This document shows, one piece after another, positions 14,048 through 26,771 of a stretch of 64,000 bases of DNA. The position numbers and the translations under genes are program-made. The notes beneath the pieces are model-generated. The model was not told the origin of the DNA and searched no databases. It worked only from the letters and a program-made list of their open reading frames with translations. The stretch is taken from positions 113,894,001 through 113,958,000 of the forward strand of contig OZ024740.1 in assembly GCA_964016885.1 (NCBI GenBank). Direction: 5' to 3'. The DNA comes from Eledone cirrhosa (Eukaryota). Each line of letters starts with the position of its first letter. Position 1 is the first letter of the stretch.

Positions 14048-14262
14048 GTTGAAATTTTTCAAAATGTATTTTTACACAAATACGAATACGACACCCCGTG
14101 AAGGGGTGCCGTATTATTTACTAGTGAACCCCTGTATTAGGTGGGTCACATCTTCTAAACTTTTATCAAATTTAAAACTTGAATAAAAGGTTTAGAACGG
14201 TTGAAAAAGAGGTAAAACGTTGAAAAAGACTGGAGGTGATAAGAAGCGTGGCTTCACCAACC

Positions 14263-14300
<38 letters not shown>

Positions 14301-14303
<3 letters not shown>

Positions 14304-17300
14304 TATATTTATTAACCACAAGGGTTTACATAAAGTAGATATTAAGGACAGTACAGGACAATACAGGGCGGTACAAATGGGCATTTCTGCGTGTAAAAAA
14401 AGAAACAGAGGATGTAATAATAGAACAATGAAAAAATTCCCCAATAGAGGGGAGACCTCCGAGGGACATTGGTGGAGAAAGCCCATTAAACAGCCAAAAA
14501 CCCCTGACCACAGGGCAAGTGCCCTCTCACAGTTTTCCACCTTTAATTTACAGACACGTACTCAGAGTAGGCCCATTCACTCGGGCCATTCTTGCCTCTC
14601 TCACCCATCTTTCAACGAAATGCTGGGAAGAGAGCACTTCCCTTTCTACCCTGATTTTCCTTTTCAAATGAAATTTGAAAAAGTTAATCAGGGCATCACC
14701 GAAGAGGTAAGTCCTCGTCTTTAGCCCTTTCAAACGTGTCCACCATACTATCTCTTTCGCCATGGCCACCGGACAGATAAAAACTGCCTGCCCTTCCCGG
14801 CTAAAGGAAGAGGGCGGGGCAATCCTCACGATGGACTCAGCTGATAGCTGGATCCGTTCTACACGCGACAGCAGGTGTTCGACATAATCCCAGTAGTCAG
14901 CAATGCACGGACACTGGACGAGTGCATGCAGGACGGTTTCGTCGCCCTGCACGCATCTCGGACATGCCCGGCTGACATCACCTCCATGCCTGTAGAATTT
15001 ATCCCGAACTGGCAAAGCTCCTCGGTAGCACTGCCAGGCCAGGGATTTCTGGAAGTTGTCCATAGGTCCCGGCCCGAAAGTTCTTCCGAAGATATTGGCT
15101 AGTTGATTTTCGTCGACGCCTAGAGTTTCCCCAAGTACGTCGTCGCTCTTCCCCTCCACTAATCCTCTATAGAAAGCCAAGGTGGTGTTTCTACCGATCA
15201 CATTGCCCGATTGGTCGAGGTCTGTGAGCGCCTGAAGACATTCCAGTCTCCAAGCGCTCCCTCTCGGTCGTCGCTTGACCCAGGACTGCAGCTCCGTCAA
15301 GGAGACGAGCTGGGGAAAAACGTGTCTAGCAAACGGCGACCACACCTGATCACCGTCGAGGAAGAGGTGGAGATGTCGTAGCCTGAGCGCGTGTCTGCGC
15401 ATCATCAGCCACGGCATTCCAAGCCCTCCACGTAGCGGGAGTTGACAGCAGATGGAACACCTGACCATCGGAGCGCGTCCCTTCCACAAAAAGCGAAAGA
15501 TCAAACGCTCCAGCGCAGTCAAGCGGGGCTTAGGACAAGGTACGATGGTCAGGCGGTAGTAGATGACGGAGGCGATATACGCGTTAGCCACCTCCGCTCG
15601 ACCTTTCAGGGATGGCTTCCTCTCCGCCCATTTCTGGGTGAGAGAAGCCACCCTGCTCGTCACCTCGTCCCAGTTTTTGTCCGTCTGGAGATCCGGACCG
15701 AACCAGACCCCGAGCAATTTAACTGGTCCGTCCGTCCAGCGCCCGACAACGCTGTTGGACGGCATGGACCTGCCTCTCCAGGTGCCGAGCTGCAGGCCCA
15801 CTGACTTTTCCTGGTTGATCATTGCTCCTGTAACCGCTTCGTATTCTTTTAGTGTAGTGCCGATCGCCACGATGTGTTTGGCATTCGACACCACTGCGGT
15901 AACATCGTCCGCATATGCTGACAATGATCTTCCGCATCCTAGTTCGCCCGGGACCCCCCCTCAACGTCTCCAGTTTGTGCAGTAATGGCTCGAGAGTTAA
16001 TACGTACAAGAGGGACGAGAGGGGACATCCTTGGCGGACCGAGCGCATAATGTTGAACGGTTCCGAAAGGTGACCGTTCACTCTCACCACAGAGCAGATG
16101 TCGCTGTGCATGGCAGCGATCCAGCCTCTGAAGACGGGCCCAAAGCCAGCCGCCCTCAGGACTGCCGCTAGTTAACGATGGTCGATCCTATCGAAAGCTT
16201 TCGACTGATCTAAATTGATCAAGGATCCACCCGTGCCAGATTCCCTAGCAACCCTCTCTACGGTGTATCACATGAGGTGGAGGTTGTCGTGGATGGATCT
16301 GTCGGGAATGGCGCATGTCTGCGCCTCTCCCACCAGACCACCAACGACAAGCGCCAACCTCTGCTAGCACCTTGGCCAGAATCTTGAACTCTGTGTTTAG
16401 CAGAGTTAAAGGCCTAAAATTATCTTTGTTATCCCGCTTGTTCGGATCCTTTCTAGCAGCGCCACAGCTCCTCGGCTCACAGATCTGGGAATTCTCCCGT
16501 TCTGTTGCCAGTTACAGTAGACGTGCCAACAGGCCTTCTAACAAGTCTGGCATCTGTACGTAAAGTTCATAGGGCAGACCATCCAAACCAGGCGATTTAC
16601 CCCCTTGTGCGGCTAGTCATTGCCTCACGTACTTCAGCGGCTGTTATCGGCTTTTCGCAACACTCTGCCTCAGTGGCCGAGAGCCACGGCAGTCCGTCGT
16701 GGTAGACACTAAAGTCCATCCCTTGATCCGGCCCACCGCTGCCCCCGAACAGCTGAGCGAAATGTCGCTGAAAAACTTCACACATTTGCCTGGGATCGAG
16801 TAGCATGCGCCCGTCGTGGTCCACCAAAGACCGGATCGTGGCTTTGTTGCCACGACGCGCCTCCGCCACTCGGGCCCATTGAACGGCTTTCGTTCCCTCG
16901 TGTCTGAGAGCACGCACCCTAGCTCTGACAACGCAGCCTTCGTGCTTTGCATTGAAGAATTGGTCAAGGGCCAATTTCGCCACAAGTTCGTCGGTAGCGA
17001 TGCCTTTGCTAAGCGCCTCGTCTAATTTTCTAACTAATTCTCCCTCTGCTCTATTTTTCTCTATTGCTAAAGCCTTAATAAACCTAATGGACTCTATTAT
17101 AATTGCTCTTTACAGAGAAAACCACCACTTGTTGTTGACGATGGTCCCCGTCAACGCCCGCTTAATTAGTTCGCTAATCCGGTCTCTGTAGGCCTTGCGC
17201 GCTGGTAAGGACGCATTTAGCTTCCAGTAGCCGGGTCCTAGTCTATGAAGCCTATCTAAGTCAAGTACACAGATCACGAATTTGTGGTCCGTTTAGCTGA

Positions 17301-19972
17301 CTATCTTGAATTGTGGACAGCCTATGCTAGACCTATCTAGTTCTCTACAAAATACTCTATCTAGATATGATCTGGATGACCCTATGCGATTTGTCGAAGT
17401 CCACATTGGCACATTCGGGAAATCTAATCGGTGCCTGTCAGACAGTTTAAAACGCCTGAGCAGGTTCGTGAGGCTCTTGCACCCTCCTCCCCTATCCACT
17501 AATCCCACACAGTCCCAGTGTGCATCTAAGATCCCGTTCCAGTCGCCCACTAACACTAAAGAGCGGGACGTTCCAAGAAAGGTCTCCAGACGCCGGAAGA
17601 AATCAGGCCGCCCTGCTCCTGTCGGGACATAGACGGCCACTAGCCTGAAAGCTTGCCCGTCTCCGCCGGTTACGTCTAGCACCACCAACTTACCTTCTGG
17701 GTCCAGGAAGATGGCCCGTATGGCGAGCTCCAAACCTCTCCGAAAAAGCACAGCAACTCTTCCCCCCGATTCTGGACGGCTGGGAGATGCGTACACATCG
17801 TAGCCGCCGAAGATCGGTGTGAAGGCCCGTGCTTCGGAGATCTGGTCTCGCTGATGGCCACTACATCTATGTTTAGTGACCTGAGGTCGTTGAGCAGGTG
17901 GCCCTGCTTCCATACCGACCCCAAGCCACGCGCATTTAAGCTGCCTATTCTGAGTGAGGTTATGTTGAAATGGAGTGGAAAAGATGGGAAAGACCACTTA
18001 CCTTACTTCTCGTAGAGGAAGGATGGTTTCTCCATCCCTTTTCACTTGATCGCCTGGTGAAGGGACCGCTGAATCGTCCCTTCGGCTGGTCGTCGGCTCT
18101 TCTTGACTATATCCGAATATACTCTCCGGTTGAATGTCCCTCCTAGGTCTCTGAAATCACCAACCGCGTTGGGGGATTTGCTTTTTAATGTTTGTGTATT
18201 GATTATGTGCTTTTCTTACCAGTCTTATGTTCGTTGGTGTTTTGATTGGTGCTGGTATTATGTAGTCGTGATGTGATATGTCTGTGTGTTCAATTATGTA
18301 AGTCATTAGTTTCTTTTTGGGTGTATTTATTGCTGTGCATTTGTTTTTATGGGGGTGGGGGTGGGGGTGGGGGGTTCTGCTATGTTCTTGTTGTTGCTGG
18401 GTGTGTGTGTTTTGTTGTTGTGTTTGCGATGTTGTTGCTTGTGGTGTGGGTGTTGAAGGTGTTGTTGTTGATTGCGGTGTGGCTGCCGCCGGTGGTGATG
18501 GTGGTGCTAGTTTGCGTGGTGATGGTGTTGGTAGTGTCCTTGCTGAAGGTCTCTCTTTCCTCCCTTTTCGAAGGCAACGATGCGCTGCTTCTGTTTTTGT
18601 GCCTTCTTGCAACCTTTTGCCATCCCTCTCCCACCTGACACTCCATGTCCGATTCTGTGAGGTCGGGGAGGGATACCAGCTCCACTCTTTCACTTGTTGA
18701 TGTTGGTGATGTTTGCAGTGGAGTCTCTGTTGCAGCTGCAGTTGGTATTACTGTTGTTGTTAATACTCCAATGCTGCTGCTGTTCTTGATTTCCGTGACG
18801 TGGGTATGGGTGCCACGGACCTATCCTTCGTGGCTGCCGCCTGTCCTGTAGCAATGGAGCCGGTTTCGGAAGGAGGGGGGGGGGGTCTCCTTTCTCGAGG
18901 TCTTCTCATTGAAGAAGGCCCTGAGGTGAGTCTTCGATCTACAGCGAAAGCATTTCGGGCGTTTGCCCTCAACACTTATGGGCAGTTGAGTGCCGTTATC
19001 GAAGTCTATCACATCGGGGATAGCTTCGATGCACTCTTGGTTGGTTTGGATGGTGCCGACCCAATTTTCTCGTACTATTTTCTGTACTTGCAGTTCGGCT
19101 GCCTTGCAGATTGCTCGGTGTCCGGTTTTCGTCACCATCTTCTTTGATTCCTGTAATTTCTCATTTGTTATGAGGATTGTTTCCAGGTTTTTTGCGATAC
19201 CTGCAAACGAGATTGGTTTTTCTTTCTTGTTGTTGTTGTTGTTGTCGTTAGAGCTGCTGTTACTTGTGTTGTTGCTGCTGGTACTACGACCGCCGCCGCC
19301 GCTGTTGCTGTGTTTGTTTTTGTTGTTGCTGCTGCTGTTGTTGTTGCTGTTGCTGCTGCTGATGTTGTTGTATATGCTACTGCTGATGTTGTCGCGGCTG
19401 CTACTAGTGTTTCCATGTCACTGTTGCTGCTGCTGCTGTTATTACGGCTGCTACTGCTATTCTTCATGACGTCAGACGAATGAAATGGCTCTCCGTATTT
19501 ACCGCACATATTTTCCGTCGTTGTCGTCGTCGTGGAGAAATGTTCCACGATATGCACGTGCTCTTGGTGAAGGCTATCAGAAACTATATTTTTCTTTTTC
19601 TTTAATGGCGTTGCTTGCGAAAGAGAAGGGAGGGAGAGAGACACATTTAGAGAAGAGAGGGAGAGAGACAATCTTCTCCCTCCCTGATATAGTGACGATT
19701 GAGGAAGAAGAAGACGGAATTAGTGGGAGTGACTTCTGAAAATTCTTTTTTGTAGCCATGTTTTTTTTGGTTTAAAATGAATATTGGGCACAAACCCCCA
19801 ATAAGTGGTTATTTAACTCCGAAGGGCCAAATAACGGACAGAAAGACCCCTCTCACGAGGAATGGGTGTTTTGATCTACAATTTGTTTAAAGTTTTAAAC
19901 AATTGACAATTGTTATAGCGGTTAAAAATTACTATATCTTACAGAGCCGAGCCTCCGTCAATCATGGCATTG
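14301..19972 (-). mobile_element. Second L1/Tx1-clade LINE (related subfamily), tandem with the first, frameshifted
   Basis: APE (VYVPT, GDWN, SYLDR), RT (RQGCPLS, YADD), C-terminal CPRC..ETVLHALVQC, ORF1 relic EGKRPKCFRC..HLRAF. Separated from copy 1 by (TAA)n at 14263-14300. Confidence 0.92.
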
Positions 19973-20099
19973 AATAATAATAACAAAAATAATAATTAAT
20001 AATAGTGAGTATAATCAAAGTTGCAGCTGCTATTAGCAGTTTCGAAAACGACTTTCTGAGGCTGGCACGAAGGACTCAATAAATTTATATATATATATA

Positions 20100-20476
20100 T
20101 ATCACATAAAAAAAGAGAATCGGTGTTGCGGCGAATGGAATTTATTGGACGTATTACAATCGTTTCTCTGGCAACCAGCTCGAGACACGATCGATGTGAT
20201 GATCGAACCTGACTCTGAAAATCGCAAGGTCCTCATATATGTCTTGATTCTACGAAGCAGATTTTCCTAGGAAAATCCGCTTCAGAGTCAGGTTCGATCA
20301 TCACATCGATCGTGCCTCGAGCTGGTCGCCAGAGAAACGAGTGTAATATGTCCAATAAATTACAATCGTCGCAACGCTGATTCTCCTTTTTTCTGTGATA
20401 TTATACTCTGCTCTATGAGAGCATCGAGTGCTCAAACAGCCTACCGCATACGGACGCTTTAAGCATGCAACACCAG

Positions 20477-20478
<2 letters not shown>
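20100..20478. mobile_element. Fold-back cassette in (TA)n, probable truncated PLE terminus with 5' inversion
   Basis: About 120-bp inverted arms (20100-20219 / 20281-20402) plus a 75-bp extension. TA repeats on both sides. Confidence 0.55.
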
Positions 20479-20524
<46 letters not shown>

Positions 20525-20536
20525 AAATATGGAGTG

Positions 20537-20596
<60 letters not shown>

Positions 20597-20641
20597 AGAA
20601 ATAGCTACTGTGGTTACCCGCAATTGAACCCGGGATAAACT

Positions 20642-20673
<32 letters not shown>

Positions 20674-20683
<10 letters not shown>

Positions 20684-20890
20684 CATGAATAATCACAGGA
20701 GATAATTTTTACAAGTGTGTAAGCACACATAGCTAGGTAGGTAACTACATAATGTTAACCAGAACTTCAAAAATATTATAAGGTATCTATTTTTGAAGTT
20801 CTGGTTAACATTATTTAGTTACCTACCTAGCTATGTGTGCTTACACACTTGTAAAAAATATCTCCTGTGATTATTCATGTTTATTTATAT
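20674..20890. repeat. About 100-bp-arm inverted repeat adjoining (TA)n
   Basis: 20674-20775 is the near-perfect reverse complement of 20788-20890. Confidence 0.85.
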
Positions 20891-21019
20891 GTTAATCAAT
20901 TTCTAGTTATTATAAAATGCTCGGACCTATTGGTTAGAATCTTAGAGCTTATTTTGCGGGTGATATGGCGCATGTCTTTCTGGCATGACACCCATAATTT
21001 TGATTATCTTAATTTTGGA

Positions 21020-21113
<94 letters not shown>

Positions 21114-21442
21114 GTGAGGACGTATGTCCATGTGGTTAGAGACTGGTTAGCAAGTTCGACACGAAGAGTGCGTTATGCCCTTCAGTAAGACACTTTATTT
21201 GCCGTTGCCCTTTTGGCCATGACGTGCGACCAGTGCATAGTTTCAGTTTTGGAATGAAACATGGTGTCCTTGGTCCAATTTCAGGAGTTTCACCCGACTC
21301 GAAAAATGTTAGAGAACTTTTCGATCGTTGAAAGAAACACACACACACACACATATATGTATATCTGTTTTAACTTCTCCCCTACCCCCTTCCAATTTTT
21401 TTCATATTAACTTTGTAACAGACGAGATTTTTTCTTATATGC

Positions 21443-21544
<102 letters not shown>

Positions 21545-22351
21545 ATACAGGGTAGGATTTACAGCTGGGAATACCCAGACATCACCCCAGGCGCCCCATC
21601 AGTAACAGGTCCTATCAGCATGGGTGGGGTCTAGCAAGATAAATGTGGCCCGTACTGTTAAAGGCGTGTCCCCGAAGGGGCTATTTGGTTTATCTTTTAG
21701 ACACACCTAAACAATATTTTTAGAAAAATCACTTAATGTCAATCCAATGTTTTATGCAGGAATATGGTGTATGTGTATGCATGTGTGTATGGGTGTATTT
21801 ATAAATTCATATATATATTTGAGTATGTGTGCGTGATTCTGTGTGTTTTTAAGTATATTCGTAGCAGACAATTGTCAAATTCCAAGTACAGTGATATGAA
21901 ATTCTAATTTGTGCTCTTTGAAACAATGCTCAAATTCATCTGTCTCTCTCTCTCTCTAACTATCTATCTATCTATATAATCTCTTCTATTTCCTTTTCTT
22001 TTTCTTCATCTGCATTATGTTTAAGAAATTTGTTAAAGACCAAGTTATGTTAACAATCAAATTCAAGAAACCATTGCTATCGAAAAATCATAATTACATT
22101 TATTTGAGGTCTCTAAAAATGTTGCTGTGGTAACTGAGTTTGGTATGTTCACTTTTTCTTTTTGTTTTTTTTGTTTTTTGTATTGCTATATATCTTAACG
22201 TTATAAACATTTTATATGATCATAATAATCCCGTTTACCCATTACCCGTGCTGGAATAAGATTGTAACGTCTTCAAGTAAGGACATATACTCTAACACAC
22301 TCACACATACTTGATAGATATAAGAATATATGAGTATATACATTATATATA

Positions 22352-22572
22352 TCTAAAGATGTTTCACCGCCGCTTTCGCCTAAATAGACGGAAAGCTGAT
22401 TTCTCGATCCGCATCTCTGGACCCTGGAATCGGCTTCCAGAAGAAGTAATCAACGCACCAACCACGCAAAAATTCAAGGCGAAATTGGACCTGTGTTGGA
22501 CCACTATGGCATCTGAAGCATCTATGTTTTATTTTCTGCCAAATATATTGAATTGAATTGAATTAAATTGAA
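22352..22572 (+). mobile_element. CR1/L2-group LINE 3' fragment
   Basis: FSIRISGPWNRLPEEVINAPTTQKFKAKLD is the typical CR1-group ORF2 C-terminus. Followed by an (ATTGA)n tail. Confidence 0.75.
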
Positions 22573-22772
22573 TATATATATATATAAATAAGAGGAGAGC
22601 ACGACGGGGGTGGGGTGTAGTTTACCTTCGTCAGTTGTCTTCTGGATATAATAGAAATAATGCGTAGAAATGTCCATGATCTCCAGAAGCCAAGTGATGA
22701 AGTGAAACGTTCGTGCTTCCCTCTTATTTATAAATACACTTTATCCAGCAACAACACATCCCCTGTTACTTC

Positions 22773-22823
<51 letters not shown>

Positions 22824-23009
22824 ATAATTAAGCTCTGTTGCCTACATAGAGCACTCTTTTTTCCTGGACTTTTCCGATGGAATTACTTCATTTATACAGC
22901 TCCAACCGGGATTGATCGAAGCATATTCTATATTACATATACGATTGGCACTTTCCAGCCCGATTAGTTGAGCACTCTACAGTTTTCAGGAATTTAACCA
23001 ACATACACC

Positions 23010-25141
23010 ATGGACCTTTATGATTTGGATTATTCAATAAAAAATATACCCACTCCTTCCAACACAACTTACACCAAAATCCTCATAGATAAAATCGAAC
23101 ACGTCGTTAAAAGAATGAGATGGAAGGCAATGGTTTACGATGGACTATTCAGTGCTGATACTAAAGATTGTTTTGACATTAAATCCCGTAAATATCCACC
23201 TAGAATTAAAGACATGGCCAACTTCGAATTAGACCTCGTTAATCTAATTAGTGATATCAAATTTCGTAAGTACAATAATAATTTTCAAACTAAACTTTCT
23301 CACGATATTTTTAATTTTAGAAATTCTACAAACACTTTCGTCCTTTCTGATAAAACTAAAAACCTCTTTGAAGTTAATAGTAATTTGTATAACCAACTTT
23401 TAACTAATAGTATTACCAATAAATATCAATTAACTAATAATAATACCTACAATACTATCAATAAAGAAGCTAAAGAACTAGCTAGTTCTTTACAAATAGA
23501 TAACCGGATTGAAAGCTTAGCTAAGCGTAAAGAATATATTACCCTTAAAGACCATAAATTGGACTTTACTAATCGACCTAGTTGTAGACTGATTAACCCG
23601 GCTAAATCCGAGGTTGGGCTTGCAAGTAAGAAAATCTTAAGAAAAATAATTCTCCAAATTAGAACTAACACTGACCTATCACAGTGGCTAAATACTTCCT
23701 CTGTTATTTCTTGGTTCAATAATATACAAGGTAAAAATAAGTGTAGATTTACCCAATTTGATATTGTCGATTTTTACCCTTCTATTACTGTTTCCTTATT
23801 AACTAATGCCTTAGATTTTCCAAGACCCTTCATTAATATGTCTAAATTAGAAGAGGACATTATCTTTCATGCTAGAAAAACTTTACTTTTTACTAATGAT
23901 AACATTTGGGTTAAAAAGTCAAACCCTGAAAACTCTTTTGATGTTGCAATGGGTTCATATGACAGTGCGGATGTGTGTGACTTAGTAGGATTATTCCTTC
24001 TTCACACACTCAAAGAGAAATTTCCGTCCCATAATATCGGTTTATACCGTGATGACGGATTAGCAGTTTCCATACCACCAACGGCCATAACCTTGATAAA
24101 TTCCGTAAAGATTTAATCAATACTTTTGCTAATCTTAACCTTAAAATTACTATAGATACGAACCTTACTAATGCTAACTTTCTTGATATTAAACTTGATC
24201 TACTTACTGCCTCTTTTAAACCCTATCATAAACCTAATGAAAATCTTAGGTATATACACAAAGAGTCTTGCCATCCCCCTATAGTTTTTAATAATCTTAT
24301 TCCTAACATTAGCCGTAGGATTTCTACCTTATCTTCGTCTATAGACATTTTTAATAAAGCCGCCCCTTATTATAATAAAGCCCTTAAGAACAGCGGTTTT
24401 ACAGAAAAAAAGTCTTATTTACCTACTCCCCCCCCCTAAAACTAACCATAATAACAGGAAAAGGAAGATTATTTGGTTCACACCCCCCTTCTCTCTAACT
24501 GTCAAAACTAATGTAGGAAGGAAATTCCTTAAACTATTAGACAAACATTTTCCTCCTAATCATAGATATTATAAGATATTTAATAGGAATGTAGTTAAGA
24601 TCAGCTACTCTTGTTGCCCATCTATGAAGTCCAAAATCACCAGTTCAAACCGTACGAGAATAAATCCAGGATGCAGTTGCAGGAAGCCGGATGAATGCCC
24701 ATTGCAGGGTAAATGTAATACCAAATCTGTCGTTTATGAGGCTAAGATAACACCAGTAATCAACAACCAGCCAGCCAGGAGTGAGCGATATGTCGGTATG
24801 ACCCAGGACAGGTTTAAAACCAGATTTAACTCACATGTCGCTTCTTTTAAGCACTCCGATAAACGAACATCAACGGCCCTTGCAAGTAAGGTGTGGGATC
24901 TCAAGGATAGTAACATCCCGTACTCTATTGATTGGTCTATATTAGACCATTGAGGGAGTACCAAAGGGGCACAAAGAATTGTTCTTTGTGTACCACAGAA
25001 AAGTATAGGATTTTGCTAAACTTGAGAGCCACTTCCGCTTGCCTTAACTCAAAGACTGAGATCTTCAGATGCTGTCCTCATCTGAAATCGCATCTGATCT
25101 GTAACTGGATTGACACTCCTATGATAAATCAACCGCCTTGA
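23010..25141 (+). pseudogene. PLE RT-GIY-YIG ORF, about 3 frameshifts
   Basis: ORF pieces 23010-24116, 24624-24953 and 24932-25141 are collinear with the intact protein at 33222-35381. Confidence 0.88.
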
Positions 25142-25430
25142 ACTCCTTTCCTGCTCTTTACTTCTGCTACGGTTTTTATTTTGCTGATTCTACGTTCTGT
25201 ACTCTTGTATATTTACTTTTTTTTTTCTCCCATACCTCCCCTTATATTTTACCTCCTCTTATGCCCCCCCCCCCCATATATTCTGTTTTTTTTTTTTTGC
25301 CCTTCACATACCTATGTGTATGTGTATGTATATTTGTGTGTATATATATGTATGTGTGTGTATGTGTATGTGTATATATATGTATATTTGTGTGTGTATA
25401 TGTATGTATATGTGGATAAACCAGGTTATT

Positions 25431-25488
25431 TTCATTCTGAAGATTGAAAGAAAAATTTTTTGCTTTTAAGAAACCACTGGTGAATGGA
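25431..25488 (+). ncRNA. Type-I hammerhead ribozyme, probably inactive copy (GUG triplet)
   Basis: TTCATT-CTGAAGA-stem II-GAAA-CCACTGG-TG-AATGGA. Position 17 is G. Confidence 0.7.
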
Positions 25489-25608
25489 ATAATTGCCTTA
25501 TGTTGCTTTATTACTTTACTACTATATATACGTTTATGTAAGGTTCATTTGAATTATCTAAGACATGTATATGTGTGCGTGTATGTGTATGCATATGTGT
25601 ATATGTAC

Positions 25609-25672
<64 letters not shown>

Positions 25673-25876
25673 GTATGTATATATATGCGTGTATGTATGT
25701 GCGTGTGTGTGTATATATATATATGTATGTGTGTGTGTGTGTGTGTGTGTCTGTTTGTATTTGGTTGTGCGTGTTTATGATATATACGTATTTGCATGTG
25801 TATAATTGTTTAGCTATGTATGTATATGTGTGTGTATGTATACGTATATGTGTGTGTGTGTGTGCGTTTATATTTT

Positions 25877-25960
<84 letters not shown>

Positions 25961-26379
25961 ATTATATATACATTTGTGTGTGTATATATTGTATACGTGT
26001 GTGTGTTTGTGTATGTATGTGTACGTATGTGTTTATGTATTTGTATATGTATATTTATGTGTGAGAGTGTGTGTATGTGTTTACTATTTCGTACGGATGT
26101 ATACGTGCATTTGTGTGTATTACTTACCACGCGTGTTTGTCCGGTTAGCTGTCTCATGTAACGGTGTCAAAGATTTTTTAATATATATATATTTTTTTCT
26201 TATATTTATTTGCGTGTGTGAATATGTAGAGGAGTGCATTTATGTATGTGTATGTATGTACGTTATGTATGTTTGTGTGAATGTATGTATGTATATGTGT
26301 GTGTGTATGGCTATGTTTGTGTATGTGTATGCTTGTACACACACATATGTATGTGTATGTGTGTGTATGTGTGTATATT

Positions 26380-26412
<33 letters not shown>

Positions 26413-26713
26413 ATGGGTGCGTGTGTGTATGTATGAATGTATGTATGAATGTATGTATGTGTATATGTGTATATATGTGTATGTGTATGTAAGTGTACGT
26501 TTTATATATATGTGTATATGTATATATGTATGCGTACATATATATATGTATATATGTATGTGTGAGTAAGTATGCTTTTGTGTTTTTGTGTGTGTGTTTG
26601 CATGTGTAGTTTTATTTTATTTTTCCTTTCCTTCTCCCTTCTCCAGCCTCACTTTCATATAGATTGCATTTTTGTTTTTTAAAATCCAAATTCAATAAAC
26701 AAACCAGGATTTT

Positions 26714-26771
26714 TTCATTCTGAGGATTGAAAGCAAAACCTTTTGCTTTTAAGAAACCACTGGTAAATGGA
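26714..26771 (+). ncRNA. Type-I hammerhead ribozyme in the PLE-B pseudo-LTR
   Basis: Stem I TTCATT/AATGGA; core CTGAGGA; stem II TTGAAAGCAAAA/TTTTGCTTTTAA; GAAA; stem III ACC/GGT; GUA site, cleavage after 26765. Confidence 0.85.

Larger units (their letters stand above)
8592..14262 (-). mobile_element. L1/Tx1-clade LINE, near full length, frameshifted
   Basis: ORF1 with CCHC knuckle, ORF2 with APE + RT + C-terminal Zn motif. Both ends abut (TTA)n/(TAA)n. Confidence 0.92.

Noticed and set aside
13449-14186. 245-aa poly-Leu ORF on the plus strand
   Set aside because: Antisense shadow of the Asn-rich Tx1 ORF1.
22586-22730. Decayed inverted repeat with gTGATGAagtGAAAC
   Set aside because: Probably an old HHR relic, but the stems and cleavage triplet cannot be recovered.
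25444-26569. Many ORFs rich in YI/CV/HT repeats, here and throughout 20-63 kb
   Set aside because: They are translations of (TA)n/(TG)n microsatellites, not genes.
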